A stretch of DNA of 64,000 nucleotides from an uncultured Acidobacteriota bacterium. Its GTDB lineage: Bacteria; Acidobacteriota; Thermoanaerobaculia; Multivoradales; SZUA-115. Positions 47,127 through 57,161 of the stretch are shown piece by piece. Under the pieces are notes generated by a model. That model saw nothing but the letters and a program-made list of their open reading frames with translations, had not been told where the DNA came from and did no database searches. Where the stretch lies: assembly GCA_963805975.1 (NCBI GenBank), contig CAWDVR010000003.1:832001-896000 (forward strand), written 5' to 3'. Numbering within the stretch: the stretch's first letter is position 1; each line of letters opens with the position of its first letter. Both the position numbers and the translations under genes were made by a program.

Positions 47127-48356
47127 TTGCGGACCATCGCCCTCTTCTTTCTGACCCTGGTCGCGATCTCGTGCGCAAGACCGCACGAGTCGGCGCCGAC
47201 CCTCGCTCTGGTTGGTGGTGTGATCGTCGACCCGGGCGCGGACGGGCGGCCGCAGCCCGCGGATGTCGTGATCCGGGGCGACCGCATCATTTCGGTGGGA
47301 CCGCGCGGCGTGGTGCCCCGCGGCGCACGCATCTTCGACGCCCACGGCAAGTTCCTGGTGCCCGGCCTCTGGGACATGCACGCCCATCTTGCCGCGCTCA
47401 CCGAAATCGGCGTCGCACCGGAGCGCTACATAGGCCACGGCGTGCTGGCATTGCGTGATTGCGGCGGCCATCTCGACCAACTCCTCTCTTTGCGCCGAAG
47501 TATCGCCGCCGGCCTGCGGATAGGGCCGGAGCTCCTCATCGCCGGCCCGACGCTCAACGGCGAGCAGTTCGCTCCGTTCCAGCGCGTCGTGCGCGATGAG
47601 GCCGAGGCGCGCGCCGCCGTGCGTGAGCTTGCGACCGCCGGCGTCGACTTCATCAAGACTCACCGCGCCACCTCGCGCGAGGCATTTTTCGCGCTGCTCG
47701 ACGAGGCGCCGCGTCACGGCCTCCACGTCGCAGGCCATGTGCCCCTGGTGGTGAGCTGGATCGAGGCCGCGGACGCGGGCATGCGCTCGATGGAGCACGC
47801 GCAGACGCTGCCCGAGAATGAGATGAGCGATGCACGAGCACCGGCGCCAGACGTCGAGGCGGCGATCGCCCGCATCGACGGCGAGCGCGGCGATGCGATC
47901 TTTGCCGCGCTCGCGCGTACCGGCGCGATGTTCGATCCCACGCTCATCGCCTACGAGGAATCGATCGACGTCCGGCCCGAGCTCGCCGCGCGCAGGCGCG
48001 AAGCCTATGGGCACCTCAAGTCCTACGTCCGGCGGGCTCATCGCACCGGAGTAGCGATGCTCGCCGGCACCGACGTGCTCGAGCGCCACGGGGACATGCT
48101 ACTCGTGGAGCTGGAGCGCTTGGTCGAATGCGGACTCTCACCGCGCCAGGCCTTGGCCGCTGCCACGACCAATCCGTCACTGCTGATGGACCGGCCCGAT
48201 CTGGGACGCATCGCGCCGGGCGCCACCGCCTCGCTGCTCGTTGTGGACGCCGATCCGACGGTCGACATCCGCAACCTACGGGGCCTCGCGGCCGTGATGC
48301 TGCGTGGACGGTTGATCGAGGAGGAAGTGCTGGCGAGGTTGCGGGCGGCGAATTGA
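47127..48356 (+). CDS. Amidohydrolase family protein, possible lipoprotein (start uncertain)
   Basis: GKFLVPGLWDMHAH, GVDFIK, VAGHVP, SMEH, LAGTD, GRIAPG; VAISC lipobox-like. Confidence 0.85.
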   Translation: MRTIALFFLTLVAISCARPHESAPTLALVGGVIVDPGADGRPQPADVVIRGDRIISVGPRGVVPRGARIFDAHGKFLVPGLWDMHAHLAALTEIGVAPERYIGHGVLALRDCGGHLDQLLSLRRSIAAGLRIGPELLIAGPTLNGEQFAPFQRVVRDEAEARAAVRELATAGVDFIKTHRATSREAFFALLDEAPRHGLHVAGHVPLVVSWIEAADAGMRSMEHAQTLPENEMSDARAPAPDVEAAIARIDGERGDAIFAALARTGAMFDPTLIAYEESIDVRPELAARRREAYGHLKSYVRRAHRTGVAMLAGTDVLERHGDMLLVELERLVECGLSPRQALAAATTNPSLLMDRPDLGRIAPGATASLLVVDADPTVDIRNLRGLAAVMLRGRLIEEEVLARLRAAN

Positions 48357-48706
48357 GCGGTTGCAGGGCGACGGCCCTCAGAGTCCCCTATCCTGCAGCG
48401 GTGGGACGGTCGTCGGTGAAGTCGAAGACTACGGCGGGCGAGCGGCGCGCCGCGAGCACCGCCAGGAACTCGCTCTTGCTACGCCTGCGTTTTTGACGCG
48501 CGACCGCCAGCGAGATGCAGGGCACGGGTGGCCGACTGGTGGAGTGCCTTTCATTTCAGGTCCCTTTCCTGGGCGATAAACGGCACGATACGGAACTGCA
48601 ATCCAGGAGCCTGGCTCTCTGAACCGTAAAGAAGTGAACTCGGAAGGAAGTGCATGAGACAGCAGCAACTTCTGCTGGTTGCGCTTCCCCAATGCGGGTT
48701 CTGAAT

Positions 48707-48722
48707 TGGCGCAAGTCTTGCT
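48707..48722 (+). promoter_or_regulatory. Sigma-54 promoter (-24/-12) for the yciF-like gene
   Basis: TGGCGC-AAGTC-TTGCT, 120 bp upstream of the ATG. Confidence 0.65.
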
Positions 48723-48841
48723 GTCGAGGCCGGGAGGTCTTGTCGGAAGCCTAGGGTGTGCGCTCTTGAGCGCCCGCCGTCAACGTCAGTCACCACAACC
48801 CGCGAGCAGCTCCGCTGTCACCGCATCCAGGAGAGAACTTC

Positions 48842-49498
48842 ATGGAGCTCAAAAGCTTACAAGATCTTTATGTCCATGGCCTAAAAGACGTCTACAGCGC
48901 CGAGAAGCAGATCACCAAGGCCCTCCCGAAGATGATCCGGGTCGCTTCGAGCCCGGACCTGCAGAAGGCTCTCGAGAAGCATCTCGCCGTCACCCACCGG
49001 CAGGCCGCGACGGTCGAAGCCATCTTGATGGAGCTCGGTGAGTCGACCCGCGGCCCCAAGTGCAAGGGGATGGAGGGCTTGCTCGAGGAAGGTTCCGAGA
49101 TGCTCAAGGAAGAAGCCGACTTTGATGTGCTTGATGCCGCGATCATTGCGGCGGCGCAGCGTGTGGAGCACTACGAGATCGCGGCCTATGGCACCCTGCG
49201 CACCTATGCCGAGACGCTGGGCTACTCGGGCGCCGCGCAAGTGCTCGACGCCATCGCCAGCGAGGAAGGCGTGGCCGACCAGACGCTTTCCGGGCTCGCC
49301 GAAAGCGCGGTGAACCTGGTTGCCGCAGAAGGCGAGGGCAGCGAGGGAGCTAAGGAAGCCGGTATCTGGGGACGCACCTCGTCGTCGGCGAAGCCACGCC
49401 GCACCGCGAGCCGCGCCTCTTCCTCGGGGCGAGGCTCCAAGCAACGGTCGACCTCGGGGAGCGGGTCTCGTAAGGCGACGGCCTCCGGGAGCAGGTAG
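48842..49498 (+). CDS. yciF: YciF/DUF892 ferritin-like stress protein with a basic Ser/Arg tail
   Basis: LKDVYSAEKQITKALPKM, CKGMEGLLEEG, AAQRVEHYEIAAYGTL. Confidence 0.9.
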   Translation: MELKSLQDLYVHGLKDVYSAEKQITKALPKMIRVASSPDLQKALEKHLAVTHRQAATVEAILMELGESTRGPKCKGMEGLLEEGSEMLKEEADFDVLDAAIIAAAQRVEHYEIAAYGTLRTYAETLGYSGAAQVLDAIASEEGVADQTLSGLAESAVNLVAAEGEGSEGAKEAGIWGRTSSSAKPRRTASRASSSGRGSKQRSTSGSGSRKATASGSR

Positions 49499-50028
49499 CC
49501 ATGAGAAAGACCTAGTCGCAAGATCGCCTCGGGGCGAGGAGTGCCCATGGGCTCCGCCTGGGCTCCCGTTGAACCCACGGAACCAGGCACTGGTGCCACT
49601 GCCGTCCCCGAGCGGTGCTCTCTACCCCGCCATTTTCCAGGCGAGGCCCACGAGGCCTGCTACCGCCCCGAAGACCATGAGCAGTCTGGTCAGCAACCGC
49701 GGTCCCGGTTTCCGTATCCAGTTGTGGCTACGCACACGCTGGTAGGCGATCGCGCGCGGCAGCACTGCAAGGTTGGGCTCCTCGGCGCCTTCGGGATGGC
49801 TTGGGGTCCACATGGCGATTCCTCCGTCCACAATGACGTTGGCTCTCGACCTCTGGGTCGCAGGCTACGAGGTGTCAACGACGGCGGGGTGTCGGGCGCG
49901 TGACCAATGCTCGACGGCACGCCGTCCGTCCACCATCGGGAAGAGGTTTCCTCGACTTCGCTTGAGCGCCCTGATACCATCTCGCGAAATTCTTGATCTG
50001 CCCGCTTGGCGGGATCTGGGGGACACCT

Positions 50029-52356
50029 ATGCAGTCGTCACGGACTGTAGGCTTTGTCGTTCGTCTGACCGTTACCGGCGCCCTGGTCCTCGTTGCACCG
50101 AGCTTCGCCGAGGATGCCGTGAAGCCTCCTTTCGAGATCACCGAGGACCGACCCCGGTGCAGCAACTACAACCCCCAGCGCCAGGCCCTCTTCGGCACCA
50201 CCCACCTGCACACCGGCCTCTCTTTCGACGCCAGCATCCGCTTCGTCGACTACGCGAGCGGCAACGATCCCCGAGGCGCCTACCGCTTCGCCCAGCGCAA
50301 GGCGCCGATCCGTATCCCCGAGCCCTCGGGCTTACAGCCCAGGCGGCGTGACACCTGCAACGACCCGGCGGCCGAGCCGGTCGGCGGTGGCCCGAGCCGC
50401 ACGCCCTGCATCGATGTGCCGCTCGACTGGGGCGCCGTGACCGACCACTCCGAGCACTTCGGGGTGATGGGTTTCTGCAAGGACTTCCTCGGCAAGAACC
50501 TGCCCGAGAGCCTGTCGATGGAGTGCCGGATGATCAACGGCTTCTTCTACGAGCCGCTCAGGGCCCTGAACCCCGTCCTGGGGAGCACTCTCGCTTCGAA
50601 CGCCTTCACCCAGCTCACCATCATGAACGACGGCGCGATCAGCAAGAACACCAACCTGCCGGTGTGCAACAACAACCCGGAGCTCTGCGCCAAGGCTGAG
50701 CTGGAGGTGTGGGGCGAGGTACAGAAGGCCGCCGAGGAGGCCTACGACCGCAGCAGCGCCTGCACCTTTACCAGCTTCATCGCCTACGAGAACACCTCGA
50801 CGCCGCTGCTCAACAACTGGCACAGGAACGTGATCTTCCGCAACGACCGAGTGGTCAAGAAGCCGGTCAACGCCATCGACATGGCGGTGGTGCTCAACAC
50901 CGACCCCACCAAGGAGCCGATCAACACTCTCCTCGCCGTGGTGCCCGATGAGCCGCGGGTGTGGCCGGTGCCGCCGGGCATCAAGGTCAACCATCCGCTG
51001 CCGCAGCCCTTCTGGAACAAGCTCGAGGAGGACTGCACGAACGGCAAGAACGTCACCGGCGGCAAGGCCCGGCGCTGCGACTTCATCACTATCCCGCACA
51101 ACTCGAACCTGGGCGGCGGCGGCGAGTTCTTCCCGCCCATGTTCCTCGAGCCCTACAACGTCGCCGACGCCAAACGGCACCAGCAGATGGAGCCCCTGGT
51201 GGAGATCTACCAGGACAAGGGCGCCAGCGAGTGCCGCTACGACCCGCGCTTCCTGGCCGGCACGGACACCATCGACGAGTTCTGCGCCTTCGAGATCCTC
51301 GACGGCAAGACCTTGGGCTCGGCCTCGGGCGTCGGCTCCTCGAGCTCCGGTGCCCCCCAAGCGCCCGACACCTGGGGCGAACGCGCCTACGTGCGCAACG
51401 TGTGGAAAGACGGGCTCGCGTACGCCGCGGCCAAGGACCACGAGGGCATCAACCCCTTCAAGATGGGGGTAGTGGCCGCCTCCGACTCGCACACCGGCGT
51501 GATGGGCTGGCATCCGGAAACCGACCAGTGGCCGGGGCACCTCGGCATCGACGATGCCTACCCCATGTCGAGCGCCTCGCACATCCAGAACGGCACTGGC
51601 GGCCCGTCGGTGGTGTGGGCCGAGGAGAACACCCGCGACTCGATCTTCGAAGCCCTGAAGCGCAAGGAGACCTACGGCACCAGCGGCCCGCGCATGAAGG
51701 TGCGCTTCTTCGGCGGCTGGGACTACCCGGCCGACGCCTGCGGCAAGGACTTCGTCGATCTCGGCTACCGGGGCGGCGTGCCCATGGGCGGCGACCTGCC
51801 CGCCCGCGCCGGGAAGGCCGGCTCTCCCACCTTCATCACCGCCGCCATCTGGGACGACAACCTCAAGACCAAGCTGCAGCAGATCCAGATCGTCAAGGGC
51901 TGGGTCGACAAGGCCGGCGACACCCACGAGCGGGTCTACAGCGTGGCCGGCGACCCCGGCAGCCCGTTCAACGCCGAGGCGGCGATCGACCCCACGACCT
52001 GCAAGGCCCGGCCGGACCTCGGCCGCGAGCGCCTGTGCGCGGTCTGGAAGGACCCGTTCTTCGACCCGAAGCAGCACGCCTTCTACTACGTGCGCGTGCT
52101 CGAGCAGCCGGTCTGCCGCTACAGCACCCTGTGGTGCCGCAAGTGGATCGGAGTCGATCCGCTCGATACCGGCACCTGCAACACCCAGCTCGCCGCTCTC
52201 CAGAGCGGCAACCCCGAGCAGAAGATCAAGGCGGCACAGGGCGCCATGTGCTGCTCCAACCAGACCACCGACACCTTCGTGCAGCCGGTGATCCAGGAAC
52301 GCGCCTGGACCTCGCCGATCTGGTACGAACCGGCGAGCAGCGTCGCCCAGAAATGA
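50029..52356 (+). CDS. DUF3604 domain secreted protein (PHP-like metal-binding)
   Basis: GTTHLHTGLSFDA, VTDHSE, WHRNVIFR, IPHNSN, ASDSH, ETYGTSGPR, YYVRVLE, QERAWTSPIWY. Confidence 0.88.
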   Translation: MQSSRTVGFVVRLTVTGALVLVAPSFAEDAVKPPFEITEDRPRCSNYNPQRQALFGTTHLHTGLSFDASIRFVDYASGNDPRGAYRFAQRKAPIRIPEPSGLQPRRRDTCNDPAAEPVGGGPSRTPCIDVPLDWGAVTDHSEHFGVMGFCKDFLGKNLPESLSMECRMINGFFYEPLRALNPVLGSTLASNAFTQLTIMNDGAISKNTNLPVCNNNPELCAKAELEVWGEVQKAAEEAYDRSSACTFTSFIAYENTSTPLLNNWHRNVIFRNDRVVKKPVNAIDMAVVLNTDPTKEPINTLLAVVPDEPRVWPVPPGIKVNHPLPQPFWNKLEEDCTNGKNVTGGKARRCDFITIPHNSNLGGGGEFFPPMFLEPYNVADAKRHQQMEPLVEIYQDKGASECRYDPRFLAGTDTIDEFCAFEILDGKTLGSASGVGSSSSGAPQAPDTWGERAYVRNVWKDGLAYAAAKDHEGINPFKMGVVAASDSHTGVMGWHPETDQWPGHLGIDDAYPMSSASHIQNGTGGPSVVWAEENTRDSIFEALKRKETYGTSGPRMKVRFFGGWDYPADACGKDFVDLGYRGGVPMGGDLPARAGKAGSPTFITAAIWDDNLKTKLQQIQIVKGWVDKAGDTHERVYSVAGDPGSPFNAEAAIDPTTCKARPDLGRERLCAVWKDPFFDPKQHAFYYVRVLEQPVCRYSTLWCRKWIGVDPLDTGTCNTQLAALQSGNPEQKIKAAQGAMCCSNQTTDTFVQPVIQERAWTSPIWYEPASSVAQK

Positions 52357-53303
52357 AGTGGCTTGCAGCGCCGGCGCTGCACATGCTGGCGCTCGGGACC
52401 CTGCTCTTCGGCTTCACCGAGCTTCGGGGCGGAGCCTTCCTGGCGCAGAAGAAGCGCATCGAGATCCCCGCCCATCGCCTCGAGCGGATGCTCGAGGAGT
52501 TTCTCTCCGACACCGGCCGCACGCCCACGCGGCCCGAGTGGGAGCAGATGATCGACATGCAGGTCGACGACGAGGTGCTCTTCCAGTATGCGATCGCCCT
52601 GGGGATGCACGAGAACACCGCCGCCCAGGCGCGCCTGGCGCAGATCGCCGAGTTCGTCGAGGCCAACCCTCACGAAGCGACCGAGGCCGGGAAGGCCGAG
52701 GCAGCCATGGACCTCGGCCTTCACGAGGGCGACCTGGTGGTTCGGCGCATCCTCGCCGACAGCGCGAAAAGGCTGATTCGCGGCGTCGTGCTCCTCCAGG
52801 AACCCGCCCCCGAGATCGTCCAGCAGTTCTATGCCGCCCACGCCGCGGAGTTCACGCGGCCGGCGCGCATCCGCATCTCGCAGATCGCGGTCAATGGCTT
52901 CGTGCGGCCGGACTCCGAGGAGAGAGCCCGCCGGCTGCTCGCGCGGATCCGCGCCGAGGAGCTCGACCTCGAGGCCGCGCTGGCGCTCGCCGACGAAACG
53001 CCGGCATCGGTGCACCTGGCGCTGCAAACCGCGCAGGGCCTCCAGTCGCAGCTCGGTGGCGACTTCGCCACCGCGGTCATGGCGCTCGAGCCCGGGCGCT
53101 GGTCGGGCCCGATCCCGTCGGACTACGGGCACCATCTGGTCTGGGTCCACGAGCTCCAGAAAGCCGACGTCCTGCCGCTCGAGTCCGTGCGGGATCAGGT
53201 CGAACAGGCGCTGCTCCAGAAGCTGGCCGACGACTGGCTCAGGCTGCGGCTGCGCGAGCTGCGCACCGAGTTCGAGATCGTCGTGCCGGGGAGGGCTTCG
53301 TGA
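52353..53303 (+). CDS. Parvulin/PpiC-type peptidyl-prolyl isomerase family protein
   Basis: ATGA overlap; P.LH.LALG.LLF, D.VVRR.L, WSGPI.S.YG.HLV. Confidence 0.82.
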   Translation: MKWLAAPALHMLALGTLLFGFTELRGGAFLAQKKRIEIPAHRLERMLEEFLSDTGRTPTRPEWEQMIDMQVDDEVLFQYAIALGMHENTAAQARLAQIAEFVEANPHEATEAGKAEAAMDLGLHEGDLVVRRILADSAKRLIRGVVLLQEPAPEIVQQFYAAHAAEFTRPARIRISQIAVNGFVRPDSEERARRLLARIRAEELDLEAALALADETPASVHLALQTAQGLQSQLGGDFATAVMALEPGRWSGPIPSDYGHHLVWVHELQKADVLPLESVRDQVEQALLQKLADDWLRLRLRELRTEFEIVVPGRAS

Positions 53304-54301
53304 TGGGCCGGCTTCGACGCGGCCTGCTCGTGTTGCCTCTCTTGGCCCTGGCTGCCGCCGCTCCGGCCGCGGCGCACCAGTTCGCGCCCGCCCTGCTCGA
53401 GATCGAGGAGCTTTCGGCCGCCGAGGCCCAGGTGAGCTGGAAGCAGCCGGCGGTCCGGGTGCAGGGAAGCCAATTGCGCCCGGTGTTGCCGGTCGAGTGT
53501 GAAGGCATCGGCGATCCGGAGGTGCAGAAGGAAGGCACCGGCATCCGTGCCCGCTGGCGGATCCGGTGTCCGGGCGGGCTCTCCGGCAAGTCGGTAGGAG
53601 TCGAAGGCATTGCCGGCAGCCAGGCCGACGTGCTGCTGCGCGTCACTCTCCGCGACGGCCGTCGGATCCGCCATGTGCTCAAGGCCGAAGCACCCAGCTT
53701 CCGGATCGACGCCGACAGCAGCCGCGCCGGGGTCTTCAAAGACTACGCCCTGCTGGGAGTGGAGCACATCCTGCTCGGCTGGGATCACCTGCTCTTCGTG
53801 CTGGCCCTGGTGCTGCTCGTCGGCTGGGGAAGATCCCTGGTGTGGACGATCACATCCTTCACCGCCGGCCACAGCATCACCCTGGCCCTGGCTGCGCTGG
53901 GAGTGGTGCACGTGCCGCAGGCCCCGATCGAAGCCGCCATCGCGGGGAGCATCTACTTCCTCGCGGTCGAGCTCACCCGCGTGCGCTTAGGGTCCAAGAC
54001 GCTGACGCAAAGGGCCCCCTGGGCGGTCGCCGCCGGCTTCGGCCTGCTGCACGGCCTCGGCTTTGCCGGCGCCCTAGCCGAGGTCGGCCTGCCCACAGAG
54101 GAGATCCCGCTGGCGCTCTTCTCCTTCAACGTCGGGCTCGAGCTGGGCCAGCTCGCCTTCGTCGGTGCCGTGCTCCTCGTCGCCGCGGCGCTCCGCAGGG
54201 TACCGGTCGCCTGGCCGCAATGGTCGAAGGCCGTGCCGGCCTACGGCATCGGCGCGATGGCCACTTTCTGGTTCCTGCAGAGGGCCGTCTCGCTGCTGTG
54301 A
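53303..54301 (+). CDS. HupE/UreJ family protein
   Basis: Signal ending AH; LGVEHILLGWDHLLF, FTAGHSITL, FGLLHGLGFA, FNVGLELGQL. Confidence 0.9.
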   Translation: MGRLRRGLLVLPLLALAAAAPAAAHQFAPALLEIEELSAAEAQVSWKQPAVRVQGSQLRPVLPVECEGIGDPEVQKEGTGIRARWRIRCPGGLSGKSVGVEGIAGSQADVLLRVTLRDGRRIRHVLKAEAPSFRIDADSSRAGVFKDYALLGVEHILLGWDHLLFVLALVLLVGWGRSLVWTITSFTAGHSITLALAALGVVHVPQAPIEAAIAGSIYFLAVELTRVRLGSKTLTQRAPWAVAAGFGLLHGLGFAGALAEVGLPTEEIPLALFSFNVGLELGQLAFVGAVLLVAAALRRVPVAWPQWSKAVPAYGIGAMATFWFLQRAVSLL

Positions 54302-54336
54302 TCAGCGCTTCGGACTGCTGTCATCGAACGACGCCG

Positions 54337-56013
54337 TCAGTCCAACCCCTCGACGCAAAGGAAGGGCCGATCTGATCCCGAGCCGCCCGACCCCGAAACA
54401 GAGCACGGTTCGAGGTAAGGCGCCCAGGGGGTAGCGCCGGGAGTGAGGACCGTGCCGTGCCACTCCCGGCCGGCGCCTCGGTTCAGCTCCAGGAAGCCGA
54501 ACTCCTCGACCGAGAAGCCGCTCGCCTGGGCGCCGTCGACGGTCTGCTGGAAGCTCCCCTGGGGCGGCTCGGTGTCCTGCTGCACGCCACTGTTGCCGAC
54601 CACCAGCGCCTGCGGCCTGCCGGCACCCTCAGCGAACGTCAGCGACTCGAAGCGGTGCATGTGGCCGGCGAGGAGCAGGTCCAGCTCGGCCAACAGGGCG
54701 GTGCCGGACTCCCGCGCGAAGGCGCATTGCAGGGTGCGGTTGAGAACCGCATAGGGAGCCGGTGCGCCGCTGCCCGGCTGGCCGTCGCAGCCGTAGGGAG
54801 GGCCGTCGGCCTCGCCTTCCACCGCCCACACCGGGCGGTGGCTCATCAGCCAGGCCGGGGAGCCATCGATGCGCGCGGCGACCGCCGCCAGTTGGCCGGC
54901 ATAGAGGTCGGTGAAGTTGGGCAGCTCGTCGCAGGCGTTGGCCGAGTCGAGCACCGCCAGCGTCAGGCCCTCGAGGGCGAGCACACGGGGAGGCACGAAG
55001 GCGAGATGCGGCAGGGCCGGCCCGGGTCCGCCCTGGGGACTGTCCTGGGGTGGGCAGGCGAGCTGAGTGCCGCCGCCCTCGGCGAGCTCGGAGCTCGAGT
55101 CGAGGAAATAGAACCAGCCCGGGCCGGCGTGGCTGCACAGCTCGTGGTTGCCGCGCGCGAGAACCCACGGCGCCGCCGCCAACAGCTCCGCCGCCGGCTG
55201 GAAGAAGTCCAGCCACCACGCCGGCCAGGCGTCGGCGTCCGGGTTGCCGGTGGAGTTCTGGCTGTAATAGGGGCCCGGCATCTCGCAGCGCTCCGCAGGA
55301 TCGGCGCCGTCGCCGGCGTCGTAGTACCACTGTTGGACTTTCTGACCACCGACCGTCTGCTCGAAGCCTGAAGGCGTGCCGCGGTAGTTGTAGTCACCCA
55401 CGTGGAGGACGAGGTCCGGCCGCCGGCCGGCGGCGGCCTGAGCGAGCGCCGGGAAGGGCCACGCCGGATCGTCGAGGCCGCATCCTTCCTGGTTCTTGGG
55501 CTTGCATCCTGTGTCCCCCAGCACCGCCACCCGCCGCACTTCTCGCCGCGCCACCGGCAAAGCCGGCCCGCCGTCGTCCACTGTGAAGCGCCGATCGAAC
55601 GGCACGACCGCCTCGCAGACGTCGACCTCGAAGCCATGGGGGTTGAGGCGCTTGCGCATCGCGACGGCGCCGCCACCGCCGACCAGCTCGGGACAGCTCT
55701 GCCCGGAGGCCACGACCACCCGCGCGAAGGCCACCGGCTCGCCGCCGGGCGACTCGCCCAGCAGCACGTAGAAAGCCAGCGACGACGGCGCGCCCTCCCT
55801 ACCGAGAGCTGGTGCCAGCCCGGACGTGGCGCAGCCGGTGGCGGCGCAGCCGACGAGGGCCAGCAGCATCAGCTCTGGCAGCCCGAAGCGATGGCGAAGC
55901 GCAGTCACGATTCTGCGCTCCAGTCTACCAGGCCGGCGCGTCGGCGCACCCGCGGCGGCGGTAAAGGCGCCCAGTGCCTGGAGCCTCTCAGGAGAGACAA
56001 GTTGGCTTGACAT
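54337..56013 (-). CDS. Calcineurin-like metallophosphoesterase, probably exported (start uncertain)
   Basis: GDTG, HVGDY.Y, RGNHE, SHRP, GHMH motifs. Confidence 0.85.
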   Translation of the reverse strand: MSSQLVSPERLQALGAFTAAAGAPTRRPGRLERRIVTALRHRFGLPELMLLALVGCAATGCATSGLAPALGREGAPSSLAFYVLLGESPGGEPVAFARVVVASGQSCPELVGGGGAVAMRKRLNPHGFEVDVCEAVVPFDRRFTVDDGGPALPVARREVRRVAVLGDTGCKPKNQEGCGLDDPAWPFPALAQAAAGRRPDLVLHVGDYNYRGTPSGFEQTVGGQKVQQWYYDAGDGADPAERCEMPGPYYSQNSTGNPDADAWPAWWLDFFQPAAELLAAAPWVLARGNHELCSHAGPGWFYFLDSSSELAEGGGTQLACPPQDSPQGGPGPALPHLAFVPPRVLALEGLTLAVLDSANACDELPNFTDLYAGQLAAVAARIDGSPAWLMSHRPVWAVEGEADGPPYGCDGQPGSGAPAPYAVLNRTLQCAFARESGTALLAELDLLLAGHMHRFESLTFAEGAGRPQALVVGNSGVQQDTEPPQGSFQQTVDGAQASGFSVEEFGFLELNRGAGREWHGTVLTPGATPWAPYLEPCSVSGSGGSGSDRPFLCVEGLD

Positions 56014-56056
56014 AAGGGAAAGTGCACTGTACTCTCCGTGTGTCAAGCAAGCTTGG
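55996..56056. promoter_or_regulatory. Putative XRE operator palindromes and TTGACA -35 box in the divergent intergenic region
   Basis: gacaagttggcttgac and gtcaagcaagcttggc (GTCAAG-N4-CTTGAC-like); TTGACA at 56007-56012. Confidence 0.5.
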
Positions 56057-56080
56057 CCTAATGACAAGGAGATAAGACCT

Positions 56081-56506
56081 ATGAAATCGACTGAAGACTC
56101 TCTTCCCGGCCTCTGCGCCAGCCCCCAGCGCGATCGACGCAACCAGCAGCGTGTCGCGCTGTGGGCCTCCGTCTGGGCCTTCTCCTTCCTCGCCGTCACG
56201 CTGGCGATCAGGAAACAGTGGCTGCCCTTCGAGGTGACCCTCGCGGGGGTGATCGGCCACTCGCTCCTCGGCATCGCGACCGTTCTGGCGTATCAGCGAT
56301 TCCTGCACGAAACCGACGAGCTGCGGCGCAAGATCGAGGTGGAGGCGCTCGCCCTGGCGTTCGGGGTCGGTATGGTCGGAGGCCTGACCTACTGGCTCCT
56401 TGCGGTGAGCGGCGCCGTGCCCGTATGGGGATTCGCCTTCGTCTTCGCCGTGATGCTCCTCAGTTACTCCTTCGGAGTCATGGCCGGCCGCCGGAGGTAC
56501 GCGTGA
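56081..56506 (+). CDS. Four-TM membrane protein coupled to an XRE regulator
   Basis: AAGGAG RBS; DEL.RKI..EALA motif; GTGA overlap with the regulator. Confidence 0.75.
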   Translation: MKSTEDSLPGLCASPQRDRRNQQRVALWASVWAFSFLAVTLAIRKQWLPFEVTLAGVIGHSLLGIATVLAYQRFLHETDELRRKIEVEALALAFGVGMVGGLTYWLLAVSGAVPVWGFAFVFAVMLLSYSFGVMAGRRRYA

Positions 56507-56703
56507 AGAACCGGTTGAAGGTGCTGCGAGCCGAGCGCGACTGGACGCAGGCCGACCTAGCCCATCGACTGGAGGTCTCGCGTCAGACGGTCAACGCCAT
56601 CGAGAAGGGCAAATACGACCCCAGCCTGCCCCTGGCCTTTCGCATCTCACGAGTCTTCGCGACGCCGATCGAGGAGATCTTCGATCCCGAGGAGGCAAGA
56701 TGA
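56503..56703 (+). CDS. XRE-family helix-turn-helix transcriptional regulator
   Basis: KNRLKVLRAERDWTQADLA..LEVSRQTVNAIEKGKYDPSLPLAF. Confidence 0.93.
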   Translation: MKNRLKVLRAERDWTQADLAHRLEVSRQTVNAIEKGKYDPSLPLAFRISRVFATPIEEIFDPEEAR

Positions 56704-56718
56704 ACCGACATGGGCGGT

Positions 56719-57051
56719 TCAGGCGAACCCGTCCCTCTCCAGCAGCTCGCGCACCTCGGGGTGGGCTGCCAGGTAGCTGTCGGCCATGGCTCGGTGCTCC
56801 GCGTTGAGAGAGAGGGCAAACAGGCAGGCCTGGCGCGGGTCCTCGACCTGCTCGGGTCCGAGGCGCTCGATCACGGCGGTCAAGAAGCCCATGCTGGCGA
56901 GGCGCGCCGCGTCGCCCTCGAACTGGTCGGCGAAGGGCCGAGAGGCTTCCACCAGCAGATCGCTCTTCCGCGCCCAGGGGAGCAGGCGGATGCGCTCGGT
57001 GAACTCGTCCACCGTCCGCTGCATGTCGGAATTGAGCTTCTCGTAGAGCAC
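56719..57051 (-). CDS. Hypothetical helical protein (about 110 aa)
   Basis: Open GC3-biased frame; degenerate paralog at 46057-46208; TACAAT -10 box about 10 bp upstream of the GTG. Confidence 0.65.
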   Translation of the reverse strand: MLYEKLNSDMQRTVDEFTERIRLLPWARKSDLLVEASRPFADQFEGDAARLASMGFLTAVIERLGPEQVEDPRQACLFALSLNAEHRAMADSYLAAHPEVRELLERDGFA

Positions 57052-57132
57052 TGTGCGCTGGATTGTAGGCGATGCCGGAAGCCACGTAGGGAGTGACGTT
57101 TCCCACACCTGAGCTTCGCCAAAAGATGGGTA

Positions 57133-57161
57133 TTGACTTCTTGGTAGGCGCTAACTAGCAT
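57133..57161 (+). promoter_or_regulatory. Sigma-70-type promoter for the Cys-rich peptide gene
   Basis: TTGACT-N17-TAGCAT in an AT-rich patch; AAGGAG RBS at 57193-57198. Confidence 0.6.

Noticed and set aside
49541-49980. Short overlapping ORFs between yciF and DUF3604
   Set aside because: No recognisable motifs, RBS or codon bias.
57075-57083. ccggaagcc as the distal att duplicate of the tRNA-His 3' end
   Set aside because: Only 9 bp and GC-rich, so expected by chance; flanks do not match.
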